A stretch of DNA of 63,361 nt, filler included, from Octopus bimaculoides (taxonomy: Eukaryota): NCBI RefSeq assembly GCF_001194135.2. It is 4 parts of 4 records of this genome, joined end to end, with 100 filler letters (N's around TTAATTAATTAA, not from the genome) between each part and the next. Parts side by side here need not be neighbours in the genome. Positions count along the whole stretch, not along the records: positions 50,622 to 58,932 come from NC_068996.1; positions 59,033 to 63,361 come from NW_026309994.1; 2 more parts are not named here. One strand, given 5' to 3'. The notes beneath the pieces are model-generated. The model saw only the letters and a program-made list of their open reading frames with translations. It was not told the DNA's origin and searched no databases. This document shows, in pieces, positions 51,851-63,361 of this stretch. Both the position numbers and the translations under genes were made by a program. Within the stretch, counting starts at the first letter, position 1. Each line of letters opens with the position of its first letter.

Positions 51851-52377
51851 TTAAAGTGATCTAAATTAAAACATTCAATCAAAATTTCATGTTAATTTAT
51901 TTTGTAAACATCAGCTCAATAATGACAGAGTTATTTTATTAAATTCTTCACTATTTGAAACAAAGGCAGTACATGGTAGCAGAACTATGGTAGCAGAAGT
52001 GTTTAATGTTAGGAAGCAATTACCAAAGGAAATATATGATGTGAATAGTTCTGAGCTGTTTGAAGGGCAAAATGGGATAGATTGCTGAGGATTCAGGCAG
52101 TATTAAGAGAAGGCGGAAAAGATACATGAAAAGAATGTGTAAAATGAATGGAATGAAACAGAAAGCAATCCTCTTTATTAGACTGGTAGAGGAGATAATT
52201 AGGAAAGAATTTAAGGAAGTAAAAAGAGTAAGAAGAGTGGAAAATCAAGGGGACTAACTCTTGTTAAAGGCTGCAGAAAGTTGGAATGTGAACAAAATTG
52301 TCCAGAGACCTGTATTTGCAGTGAAAGAAGACTATATGCTTGTGGATATACATTTGTGCTCTCATTTTATTGGATAT

Positions 52378-52543
52378 AGGTGCAGGCATGGCTTTGTGGT
52401 AAGATGTTTGCTTCAGAATCACATGGTTCCAGGTTCAGCCCCATGCTGTAGGACCGAACTTGGACAAATGTTTTCTATTATAGCCCCAGACCAACTAAAG
52501 CAATGTCAGATGATTAGGTAGACGGAAACTGAAAGAAGCCCGT

Positions 52544-52598
<55 letters not shown>

Positions 52599-52829
52599 TT
52601 ATATATATTATTTTACTAGTTTCTGTCATTCGACTGTGGCCATGCTGGAGCATCATCTTGAAGGGTTTTTGTTGAACAATTTGACCACAAGACTTATTTT
52701 AAAGCCTAATACTTATTCTCTCGGTCTTTTTGCCGAACTCCTAAGTTATGGGGACATAAACACACCAACACAGGTGATGGGGTGGGAGCCACAAACACGA
52801 AGACACACGCGCACACAGATATATACATT

Positions 52830-52863
<34 letters not shown>

Positions 52864-53232
52864 TGCACATATATATGGATTTGGTAGTTTCTGTCTACCA
52901 AATCCATTCACAAGGCTTTGGTTGACCCAAGGCTATAGTAGAGATACTTGCTCAAGGTGCCAAGGAGTGGGACTGAATTTGGAACATATATATACATGTG
53001 TTTCTTTGTGTTAGTGTTTGTCCCCAACCACCACTTGACAACAAGTGTTGGTTTGTTTGCAGCCCTGTAACTTAGCAGTTTTGGCAAAAGATGCTAACAG
53101 AATAAGTACCAGGCTTAATAAATAAATGAATAAATAAATATTGGTAATGATTTTTTTTTTACTAAAACCTTTCAAGGTGGTGCCCCAGCATGGCCACTGT
53201 TCAATAACTGAAACAAGTGAAAGATATAAGGT
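52378..53232 (+). mobile_element. Family-B SINE with an antisense family-B SINE (52612-52985) nested in its internal microsatellite
   Basis: + head 52378-52545, (CA)n, then minus tail and head, then + tail 53000-53232. Confidence 0.8.
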
Positions 53233-53479
53233 AAAAAGACACAGCGAAAGGTAATTTCCTAGAATTTAGTTTGTACAGAACAATTATTGGAGCATGAAAT
53301 GAAGTTATTGGAGAAAACATTAGAAAAGAGGATGAGGAAGCGAGATTAATGGAAAGTAGTTTGGATTTATGCCAGAAAGAGGAATTATTTCATTGTAAGG
53401 CAATTGCAGAAGAAGTACATTGACATGAGGAACAAGTTGTTTCTTGGGTTTCTTGAACCTGGAGAAGGCTTTTAGCAGC

Positions 53480-54250
53480 ATTCCACATTAAGCAGCGACC
53501 ATCCCCATTTATATTCTGATTTCTGTACCTTGAAGGTATGCCCTGGCACCTTGCCACCATTTATCCCTCCCTCTCTCTCTCACTCTACTCTACCATCTCA
53601 TTTATATTCTGATACCTGTACGTTGAGAGCATGCCCTGGTACTTCACCACCATCTCTCTCTTGCACTCTCATCCTCTCACTCTCTTCCACTCTCTCTCTC
53701 ACATTCTTGATCACTCACTATCTCTCTCTCCCTCTCTCTTTGTCTTTTTCTCTCTCCCTCTGACGGGGTAACCATATACCTCCTCTACAGCAACATACCT
53801 GTTTCTCTCCTCCTTCTTCATCTCTCTCCCTCCCTCCCTCCCCCTCTATTTCTTGCTCTCTCCCTCTCTGACTGGGTAACCATGTATCTCCTCTATAGCA
53901 AGACACCTGTTACTGTCCCTCTGTCACACTCTAGCCTCTCATCACCTGTCATCAATGCCCCCCCTCCCCTCTCAAAGGATCTTTGTCTTGAAAGTTACTT
54001 GGTGACCCTGCCAGTGATGGTGCATAGAAGGACACCTATCTGTACAAACCAAAACAAACCTCGGTTGTGTTGGTACCACATAGAAAGCACTCAGTCCACT
54101 CTGTAAAGTGGGTAGTGTTAGGAAGGCGGTCCCAGCCATAAAAACCCTGTGAAGCCTGGTGCAGTCTCCTGCCTGGCCAGCCCCTGGTCAAACTGTACAA
54201 CCCATGCCACATGGAAAGCGGACAATAAATGATAATGATGATGATGGTCA
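53480..54250 (+). mobile_element. Short retroposon with duplicated internal units and (GAT)n tail
   Basis: Paired repeats (ctgtaccttgaaggtatgccctgg; ggtaaccatatacctcctct); ends aacccatgccacatggaaagcggacaataaatgataatgatgatg. Confidence 0.55.
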
Positions 54251-54421
54251 TTGAATGAGTTAGTAGTGGAGTAATGGATGTCTGTATCAATGAAAGGACA
54301 TGCACATTTATAAGGACAAAAGAGAAGGAGCAGTGATGAATTTGAAGTGAAGGTTGGCGTACATCAGGGAGCTGTTTTGAGACTACTAATACTTGTAGTT
54401 GTGATAGGGTTGCTGGCTTAA

Positions 54422-54784
54422 CCCTTTAGCATCCAGATTACTCTGTCAAATATAATGCTTATTTATTAACCCTGTTTTCAATTAACCACACACCATCTCA
54501 TAGCTTTGAGAGTTCAATGATGCGATTGTCTATTTTTAGAATGATATTGTAAGGTATGGTATGTATGTACGTATGGTATGTATGTTTGGTATGTATGCAT
54601 GCATGAATACATACATACATGTATGTATGTATATATAACCCTTTAGCTTCCAGATTACTCTGTGAAATACAACATTTATTCACACTATTTTGAATTAACT
54701 ATGCATTATCTAGTAGTTTTGAGATTTTCAATGATGTGATTGGGGGTGCAGGTCTGCATCTGGCCGGGGTTATAGACTAAAGGG
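54422..54784. mobile_element. piggyBac-type MITE with duplicated 5' end
   Basis: TTAA|ccctttagc … ctaaaggg|TTAA; second ccctttagcttccagattactctg at ~54639. Confidence 0.8.
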
Positions 54785-55390
54785 TTAAAGACTAAAGATT
54801 GATTTACCATGGGAGTTGCTATATGCATATGATCTGGTTTTAAGAGCTGTGAGTATGGATGAACTGAAAGAAATGATGAAGAGATGGAAGGAATACAACC
54901 AAGCAAGCAAAAGGTATAACGGTAAATATCGGAAAGACAAATGAGGTGATGATAAGCTGCAATGCATGTGGTGCAGAGGAAAGTACAGGTAAATGTCTGT
55001 ATACAAGAGCAATATTGGAGTAAACCTCATTAAATGCTCACTAGACAATGGACAGGTTCATCAAAAATTTAATGGTGTGAGAGAGTATGAATGTATGAAT
55101 GTATGAAACTATCGTGGAAACTATATTTAAGCATAAGACATGTATAGAAGGAGTTGTAATGATTCACTGTTGATCAAGTTGAAATGTTGAAGGCAGAGGC
55201 ATGACCAGGTTCTAAAGTTAGTGGGAGCGAGCATATTAAAAAAGAAAAAAAGGTGCCCTGACATATACCAAACAATTTTTTTTAGCTCATTTCTGTTATT
55301 TACGTGAAATATTTCATTAGTTATATACATAAATGTATGCTGCATTCATGAATTTGATGTTTCAGTAATGATGTTATTATGTATGAAACC

Positions 55391-55608
55391 TAAGGCAGCA
55401 AGCTGGCAGAATTGTTAGCACGCTGGATGGAATACTTAGTGGTGTTTCACCTGTCACTATGTTCTGAGTTCAAATTCCGCTGAGGTCAACTATGCCTTTC
55501 ATCTTTTCGGGGTTGATAAATTAAGTACCAGTTGAGTACTGGGGTCGATGTAATAGGCTTGTCCCCTCCCTCAAAATTTCAAGCCTTGTGCCTATAGTAG
55601 AAAAGATT
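55391..55608 (+). mobile_element. Full-length family-A SINE
   Basis: taaggcagcaagctggcagaattg…gagttcaaattcc…ttgtgcctatagtagaaaaga; minus-strand copies also at 57889-58031 and 61930-62047. Confidence 0.88.
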
Positions 55609-56470
55609 GTTCATGAAACTTACAACTATCGATACAGGTGTGACATAAACAGGATGAAAATCCGTGGGATTGTCCAGTGTTGAGAGGTTATGACATCAGG
55701 GTTTGTTTTGGTTCTTCGGGAGCATCACAGGAGATTTAGCAGACATTAAAAAACATGGTAAGTTGGTCAAATAATGTAATAACTCCAGAAAGTTCTTCCA
55801 AGACCAAATGATTAACAATAAAAAAAATTAAAATAAGAAATTTGATTTTTATCACTCAAGTGCACTAAAGAGTTAAAGAAAGTTGTTGCAAAGGTGCCAA
55901 TTTTGAAAAATGCACTTGTGGGGAATGGTCCCTCCCCTTGCTTCCCTGTTAGTTATGCCATTGGTTAATGGTTCTCTTCTGTAGCATAACGCTGTGTTTC
56001 TGGCAAACATTCTTAAACATTTGCTGATCTAACCCACTTTAGCTATCAGTAAGGTACGGCTTCTTGTTGTTAGTAATTGAGTTCAAATCGTTATATAATT
56101 TTCAGCATGGCAAACAGTCGCCTTTTTAACATGCCCTTTATAAGGGTGAGTAGAGATCAACATAGTCTATACTATGTGATGGACTATGTTACACTTGACT
56201 TAAACAGATTTGGAGTTATGTAGTGATGATGATATGGTATATATCCATATATACATGCCTGCATGCCTGCCTGCCTGCCTACCTACCTACCTACCTACCT
56301 ACCTACCTGCATACATACATACATACATATATATATATACATGCATAGATAGATACATACATACATACAAACATAGAAACATACATAAATATGAATGTAC
56401 ATACATACATACATACATATGAGATTATATAAATGACAATGGAACAAGAAATTATATAATAAACTCCATT

Positions 56471-56551
56471 AGCTTACAGCTGTTTCTGCTATGAGATGCA
56501 GTGCATTCATAGTTGAGTGTTTGCGTATCACCTTATGGCTTCATCAGAGCT
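56471..56551 (-). ncRNA. Type-I hammerhead motif with long stem-II loop
   Basis: Minus strand: agct CTGATGA a gccataag…ctcatagc a GAAA CAGCTG TA agct; core intact, 4-bp stem I, 6 of 8 stem II pairs. Confidence 0.65.
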
Positions 56552-58279
56552 TCAGAAATGAAGTACAATTTTATTTGGTAAACCATTTATACATATGGCT
56601 AACATCACCAAAATGTAGTTTTGAGTATTGACAGATATTTATCAAAAGGGAGTGTGCATCCAAGCAATAATTTTTTCAAGGTTTAGTCACAGGTGAAAGG
56701 ATAGCATTTATGGATCTTTTGCAATTCCTCCAAGACTGGTGGAAGGAAAAGAGGAGGTTATCCTCAAGCCACCAGAGACTTGGTCAGAATGCTTGCATTA
56801 GAGGGGACTCCGCTCAAAGACATCTCAGGGCCAGGTGATGGTGTTAACTAGGGGACAAAACAAGTCTGCAGCCTCAATATATAAACACACCATCTAATGT
56901 AAAATAATCAGATCATTCTACCATACACCAAAGATATAGATGTCAAAACTGCCACTGACACTGCCACTAATGCAGCACCACTACCAACACCACTGAGAGC
57001 ATCAGCATCAGCATCAGCAGCATCTTCAGCAATAGGATCAGCAGCAGCAGCAGCAGCACCACCACCACCACCACCACCGCCGCCACTACTATTACCACCN
57101 NNNNNNNNNNNNNNNNNNNNNNNNNNNNNNNNNNNNNNNNNNNNNNNNNNNNNNNNNNNNNNNNNNNNNNNNNNNNNNNNNNNNNNNNNNNNNNNNNNNN
57201 NNNNNNNNNNNNNNNNNNNNNNNNNNNNNNNNNNNNNNNNNNNNNNNNNNNNNNNNNNNNNNNNNNNNNNNNNNNNNNNNNNNNNNNNNNNNNNNNNNNN
57301 NNNNNNNNNNNNNNNNNNNNNNNNNNNNNNNNNNNNNNNNNNNNNNNNNNNNNNNNNNNNNNNNNNNNNNNNNNNNNNNNNNNNNNNNNNNNNNNNNNNN
57401 NNNNNNNNNNNNNNNNNNNNNNNNNNNNNNNNNNNNNNNNNNNNNNNNNNNNNNNNNNNNNNNNNNNNNNNNNNNNNNNNNNNNNNNNNNNNNNNNNNNN
57501 NNNNNNNNNNNNNNNNNNNNNNNNNNNNNNNNNNNNNNNNNNNNNNNNNNNNNNNNNNNNNNNNNNNNNNNNNNNNNNNNNNNNNNNNNNNNNNNNNNNN
57601 NNNNNNNNNNNNNNNNNNNNNNNNNNNNNNNNNNNNNNNNNNNNNNNNNNNNNNNNNNNNNNNNNNNNNNNNNNNNNNNNNNNNNNNNNNNNNNNNNNNN
57701 NNNNNNNNNNNNNNNNNNNNNNNNNNNNNNNNNNNNNNNNNNNNNNNNNNNNNNNNNNNNNNNNNNNNNNNNNNNNNNNNNNNNNNNNNNNNNNNNNNNN
57801 NNNNNNNNNNNNNNNNNNNNNNNNNNNNNNNNNNNNNNNNNNNNNNNNNNNNNNNNNNNNNNNNNNNNNNNNNNNNNNNNNNNNNNNNGTAACTGGTACT
57901 TAATTTATCGACCCCAAAAGGATGAAAGGCAAAGTTGACCTCAGAAGAATTTGAACTCAGAACGTAGCGGCAGACGAAATACTGCTAAGCATTTCGCCCG
58001 GCGGGGTAACGTTTCTGCCAGCTCGCTGCCTTTGGGTCATTTTCTTGGGTCATTTCACCATGGGTCATTTTCTGCAAGGCTAAAGGTTCAATAATGTGGA
58101 TGAGGTTGAAAACGGGTGCAGGGAATTTTTTTCCCTGTAAACCAACCAAATGAGATAAGCATAAAATTGACACAACAATGGCAACAGACAATAGGATATT
58201 ATGGGATATATTCTGATGAATAAACGCTTTTCATATTTGATTTGCTTGAAATATCAATTAAAGCTTGAAATACTCATTT

Positions 58280-58500
58280 TCGTATCCAATCATCCCATCT
58301 TTGGTCCACCCCTAGATCTCTTACCAGATGGCTTGGCTTGTAAAATCCATTGTGATTCTCTCCTGCAACATTCTAATCACATGACCACAGTACTGGAGCT
58401 GGGATCTCTCAATGTAGAAAAATAGCAGCTTGACCTGGAGTGATTCCTTGATCTCAGAGTGATGCACCCTATCAAGTAAACATTACTCTAGAGACCCAAA
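58280..58500 (-). mobile_element. RTE-clade LINE 3' remnant
   Basis: IERSQLQYCGHVIRM…SGKRSRGGP matches the RTE C-terminal motif. Confidence 0.7.
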
Positions 58501-58574
58501 TAAAGCTGCTTGCATCCACAATTGTACTCTTTCAGTTCCTTACCCAACATAAATGTATATAAAATAATATTTAC

Positions 58575-58692
58575 CACTTTGAGCAGATGATCTTCTATTT
58601 CTCCTTCAAGTTTCTTCTTCTGCAATTCATTAATTCGCCATTTAAGGAACTGCTCCTGAGCTGTGCTTGCTTCCACTTTCAACATTTCTTTA
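58575..58692 (-). CDS. Putative internal coding exon of an unidentified host gene (charged, helical peptide)
   Basis: Acceptor ttttgtgtgttttgctcttttaatcattgcAG; 118-nt exon t+KEMLKVEASTAQEQFLKWRINELQKKKLEGEIEDHLLKV; donor GTaaat; non-repetitive, with no TE motif recognised. Confidence 0.5.
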
Positions 58693-58873
58693 CTGCAATG
58701 ATTAAAAGAGCAAAACACACAAAAGTACCGATTCCATTAAACAACTGTTTTCACAATATCAAAAGTACATCTGCCTCACCCCTATTCCACTGTCTAATCA
58801 TTGTACACATGTCGAGGTCTCTAGAGACCATTTATGATGTATTCATGTTAAAGGCAGAAACATTCTTCACTGT

Positions 58874-58905
<32 letters not shown>

Positions 58906-59032
58906 AAGATGTATATGTATATATACATATATNNNNNNNNNNNNNNNNNNNNNNNNNNNNNNNNNNNNNNNNNNNNTTAATTAATTAANNNNNNNNNNNN
59001 NNNNNNNNNNNNNNNNNNNNNNNNNNNNNNNN

Positions 59033-59574
59033 TGAGAGGACATTCTGTAGATGAACTCTCAGATGAATGATGGCTGGGCGCCCCTCATGAATGAGGAAAA
59101 TTGAAGATGGGCCAAAAAGCCTCATTGGTACTTTGAAACTTTTACGAAAATTAAAATGGGGATTAAATGAAAAAAATGATTTACGTGAATATCCTCACAA
59201 GCGTAATTGAAATAAATGGCGATTGTGGAACCCCCCCCCCACNNNNNNNNNNNNNNNNNGCATGCGTGCACATACACGTGTGTCTTTGTAAATATGTTTG
59301 TATACATTTATGTATGTGTGTGTTTGTAAGAGACAGAGTGTGAGTGAGTCAAGGGGTGTGTGTGTGCGTGTGTATGTGTGTGAGACAGAGTGAGAGAGCG
59401 GTGTGTATGTAGTATTTACTCTCTCTCTCTCAAACACACTCACAGACACACTCACACACAAAATAGCGAGTGAAGCTTTTTGCCGTTGTTACGTCAATAC
59501 CGGAAGTTGACATTGAGGAACCTTTTTAAAGAAGTGAATCATATATATAAAGCAATATTGTTTANNNNNNNNNN

Positions 59575-59610
<36 letters not shown>

Positions 59611-59950
59611 ACAAAGATGTATGCATATTTATGCATGTACGTATACATGACAACAAACCTCTCTCTCTCTCTCTCTGTCACACACACACACACACTTCCA
59701 TTTCATCTGATGTGTGATACTCTGTGTGTGTGCTTTCGTGCGTGCGTTAGAGGCTCCACAATCGCAATTTATTTCAATTACTCTTGTAAGGATATTCACG
59801 TAAATCATTTTTTTCATTTAATCCACATTTTAATTTTCGTAAAAGTTTCCAAGTACCAATGAGGCTTTTTGGCGCATCTTCAATTTTCCAATTCATGAGA
59901 GGTGCCCAGTCATCATTCATCTGAGAGTCCATCTACAGAATGTCCTCAAA
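59033..59950. mobile_element. Foldback element with ~200-bp inverted repeats around TG/CA microsatellites
   Basis: 59033-59232 is the reverse complement of 59751-59948. Confidence 0.85.
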
Positions 59951-60006
59951 TTTCTATACAGCATATTTTGCTTTTTTCCTTCCAGTATATAAGCAACAAT
60001 TTCATT

Positions 60007-60034
60007 CCCGGGCAACGCCGGGTTGCTCTGCTAG
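60007..60034 (+). mobile_element. Helitron 3' terminus
   Basis: GC-rich hairpin cccgggcaacgccggg, 8 nt, then CTAG|T. Confidence 0.75.
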
Positions 60035-60599
60035 TATATACATATATATGACGGGATTCTTTCAGTTTCCGTCTACCAAATCCACTCACAAGGCTTTGGT
60101 CGGCCCGAGGCTATAGTAGAAGACACTTGCCCATGGTATCATACAGTGGGAATGAACCCGGAACCATGTGGTTGGTAAGCAAGCTACTTACCACACAGCC
60201 ACTCCTGCTCCTATAGCCACTCCTGCGCCTATCGTTTATCTTTCACTCTTGTTTCAGTCATTGGACCGCGGCCATGCTGGGGTGTCGAGCTGCTGCGTAG
60301 AAGCTTCCCTTTTTGACCCATAGAATGCTCGTTTGTTGTTGTTTAGTCACTAGTTAGTTTTGGCTGATCAAACTTATGTTTATAGACACTCCGACAATAA
60401 CTCTACCATTTTTTCTTCGGGTACCATGTAACTAAGTTCACATTATCAATGTATCATTTTTTATCCTTCGATGGCAAAGTGTAATTTGAAGAAATTTACT
60501 CCTATTTCAAACAGATCAAGCGACCACAAAGAAACTTTTCTCGTAGGCATACAGGTAGTGCTCGGGAACTTTTTTTGACTTGCAGTATATTTATATTCT

Positions 60600-60729
60600 T
60601 TTCAAAATTTGGCGGCACACGGGAACTAAAGTTTATGGAAAAAAAATTATATTCAGGTTACACTGCGGCACACCTAGCATCATCTCGTGGCACACCAGTA
60701 TGCCGTGGAATGCTGGTTGGGGAGCACTG
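60600..60729 (-). mobile_element. hAT/Charlie-type non-autonomous element end
   Basis: Minus cagtgctccccaaccagcattccacggcatactggtgtgcc; flank gtctagag fits the NTCTAGAN target preference. Confidence 0.55.
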
Positions 60730-61323
60730 GTCTAGAGACATGCTATTACTAGTTTTGCGTTACTGATGACAGCAAAAGACGATGTTATTGTCGAAAAGTT
60801 AATGAACTTCAAATAGATATCAGCCTATAGTGACAGGAGCCAGATCTTTTCTTCTTAGCATCGCCTCAAATGAGTGAAAATGACACTTCGTTAATTTGAA
60901 CGAAAAACTAAAACGTTTGGTGTAAAATCTACAAGACAAATATTCTGTATTTTCTTCAGAATTACAAAATGACGAAGTTGGCAGAAATACATGGTTAGAT
61001 GTCATTTAAAAAAATTTTTTTTTACTTTTTTCGAAGAGAATTTTGGCAAGAGAAGACGAGGATCCAACCACTTATTGCCAGTTGCGGCGCGATTGTGCGT
61101 GTGAGTGTGTGTGTGTGTGGGGGGGGGGGCGTGCGTGTGTATGTGTGTGTGCGTGTGTGTGTGTATGTGTGTGTGTGTGAGTGTGTGCGTGAGTATATTG
61201 GTTAACACACTGTCTATGGAAGGAAGAGATAGAGGCGGTCAAACACTGGCATTCGATCAAAATTTAAATGTCTGATCAGCGCATTATATTGTATTATAGA
61301 TATGATAGTATTAATAATGATGA

Positions 61324-61359
<36 letters not shown>

Positions 61360-61472
61360 TGATGATGGTGATGATGATGATGATGATGATGATGATTAAG
61401 CCAGTGATGACTGGCGATAGTGTGTCTAGTCAAGATAAACTATATCTGTAATTGTCCATATATGTTACTTGC

Positions 61473-61515
<43 letters not shown>

Positions 61516-61537
61516 GTTGTTGTTGTTGTTGTTGTTT

Positions 61538-61623
<86 letters not shown>

Positions 61624-62099
61624 GATTATCTTGTTTACTTTTAATCCAGTGTCTGTCTTTCAGTAAAAGACCTTGACAAGAAAAATGGAGCAAAACAAAA
61701 TTACCATATCTGATGTGATGTAAAACACTTTTTTCCCCAAAAAAATCACACCGGATCCTCAATGTGAAGTGGGCCTTCCATATGCTAATTTTGCCTCTCA
61801 TGCTTACTGCTATAGGCTAATTTTAATGCAGCTATCCCTTCTATCTAGCTTGAGTCCACACTATTAAGAAGTCTTTCTTTTATAGGTGCAAAGCTTGAAA
61901 GTTGAGAAGTCTGTGGATTATATCGACCACAGTGCTCAACCAGGTACTTATTTTATCAACCCTGGCGGAATTTGAACTCAGATGTGAAGCTGGAATAAAT
62001 GTTACTAAGCATTTTCTCTCGCGTGCGAGCGATTCCTGCAGCTCACTATCTTGCACTTGGCATTCTCGCTGGTCACTGATGTTTATCTCGCTCTGATAC

Positions 62100-62488
62100 T
62101 TGTTGTTGTTGGCACTCCGTCGCTTACGACGTTGAGGGTTCCAGTTGATCCGATCAACGGAACAGCCTACTCGTGAAATTAACGTGCAAGTGGCTGAGCA
62201 CTCCACAGACACGAGTACCTTTAACGTAGTTCTCGGGGATATTCAGCGTGACACAGTGTGACAAGGCTGACCCTTTGAATTACAGGCACAACAGAAACAG
62301 GAAGTAAGAGTGAGAGAAAGTTGTAGTGGAAGAGTACAGCAGGGTTCGCCACTATCCCCTGCCGGAGCCTCGTGGAGCTTTAGGTGTTTTCGCTCAATAA
62401 ATACTCACAACGCCCGGTCTGGGAATCGAAACTGCGATCCTACGACCGCGAGTCCGCTGCCTTAACCACTGGGCCATTGCGCCTCCAC
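62100..62488 (-). mobile_element. Full-length family-D SINE
   Basis: Highly similar to 14773-15157; 12-bp TSD tcgctctgatac at 62088-99 and 62489-500. Confidence 0.92.
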
Positions 62489-63287
62489 TCGCTCTGATAC
62501 ATATCGTGTTTTTAACACATGTCTATGAAGAGATTTTCTCTCGGAGAGAAAACCACAGTATCTTACCTGTCAACAGTTTATGTACGCTTAGTATGATACA
62601 TAGGTAGTCTGTGGTTGCTAAGTGATCCATCAATTTGAACGACAGACAGAAGGCGATAAGTGGTATAACAGGTAATACGGCTCCCAAGGATGTTACAAAT
62701 ACTAGTAGGTTCAAATATCATTAGAAATCTCGTGCTTTTTCGGTGCAGAATTAGTTCTTATAATGTTTTACATCATATATGCTTATTTTTTTAATCTCTT
62801 GTTTCAGACATTAGACAACAGCCACGTTGGGGCATCGCCTCGAAAGATTTAGACCTGGAAAAAAAAAATAAAAAAGTAAAACACGTGGTTGCAAAGCGAC
62901 CTTCTTAACCACAAAGCCATGCCTGCTGCTATTTTAAATTTCGGTCTTAAATTCACAAATCTTTAATGCAATTCTTCCTTAGAGAAATCATCTTTCACAT
63001 CCATGAAGTTCTGGCTGGTTAGACTCAAGCAAACGAATGTCACGCATAAAAAAATTCTGTCACGTGACCATGCATCATCTCTGCTTGGCAGCCAACAGCT
63101 ATACTGAATCAAAGATGGTGACGAACGGTGTAGTGCTTTTAGTTCTTGATTTAGAATGAGGTCTGTGTATTTCCTGTCATTGATTGTGGTGCTGTATCAT
63201 TTACTCGTTTCGTTTTTTTTTCCCCTCTTCTGTCGGTAACAGAGGATTGTTTCCTCTGAGAATAATAGACTGCTAACGAGCTTCACA

Positions 63288-63361
<74 letters not shown>

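Larger units (their letters stand above)
51130..55210 (+). mobile_element. Fragmented RTE-clade LINE interrupted by younger insertions
   Basis: HEMKLLEKTLEKR…FGFMP…IFIVRQLQKKY…LEKAF (53290-53480); FEVKVGVHQGAVL (54340-54400); linker-like pieces at 51130-51300, 52000-52300 and 54870-55200. Confidence 0.7.

Noticed and set aside
60755-60805. CTGATGA…GAAA hammerhead-like string; similar weak cases at ~5175-5215, ~35275-35315, ~42075-42110 and ~50775-50825
   Set aside because: Stems I or III cannot be formed, or core boxes are too degraded

Overview
Eukaryotic, extremely repeat-rich genomic DNA from a gappy draft assembly. The SINE families and microsatellite make-up suggest an octopus (coleoid cephalopod); this is inference, not a database result. 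There are no bacterial genes, CRISPR arrays or rRNA/tRNA genes, and no intact protein-coding gene. Nearly all ORF-track entries are microsatellite or N-gap artefacts. The real content is layered mobile DNA: (i) a full-length decayed mariner and two further mariner remnants; (ii) a Penelope-like element (PLE) with an inverted pseudo-LTR, whose GIY-YIG endonuclease carries a ~136-codon, largely in-frame repeat insertion; (iii) three R4/Dong-like restriction-endonuclease retrotransposon families, each tied to a different microsatellite (TAA, CATA, GAAA); (iv) RTE LINE remnants; (v) at least four tRNA-derived SINE families; (vi) foldback, piggyBac-, hAT- and Helitron-type non-autonomous elements. 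Reading the sequence by eye also shows eight minimal type-I hammerhead-ribozyme-like motifs of several sequence types, most with degenerate positions. One plausible host exon lies on the minus strand at 58575-58692. The most interesting signals are the split GIY-YIG domain, the CATA-associated retrotransposon, and the density and diversity of hammerhead motifs.
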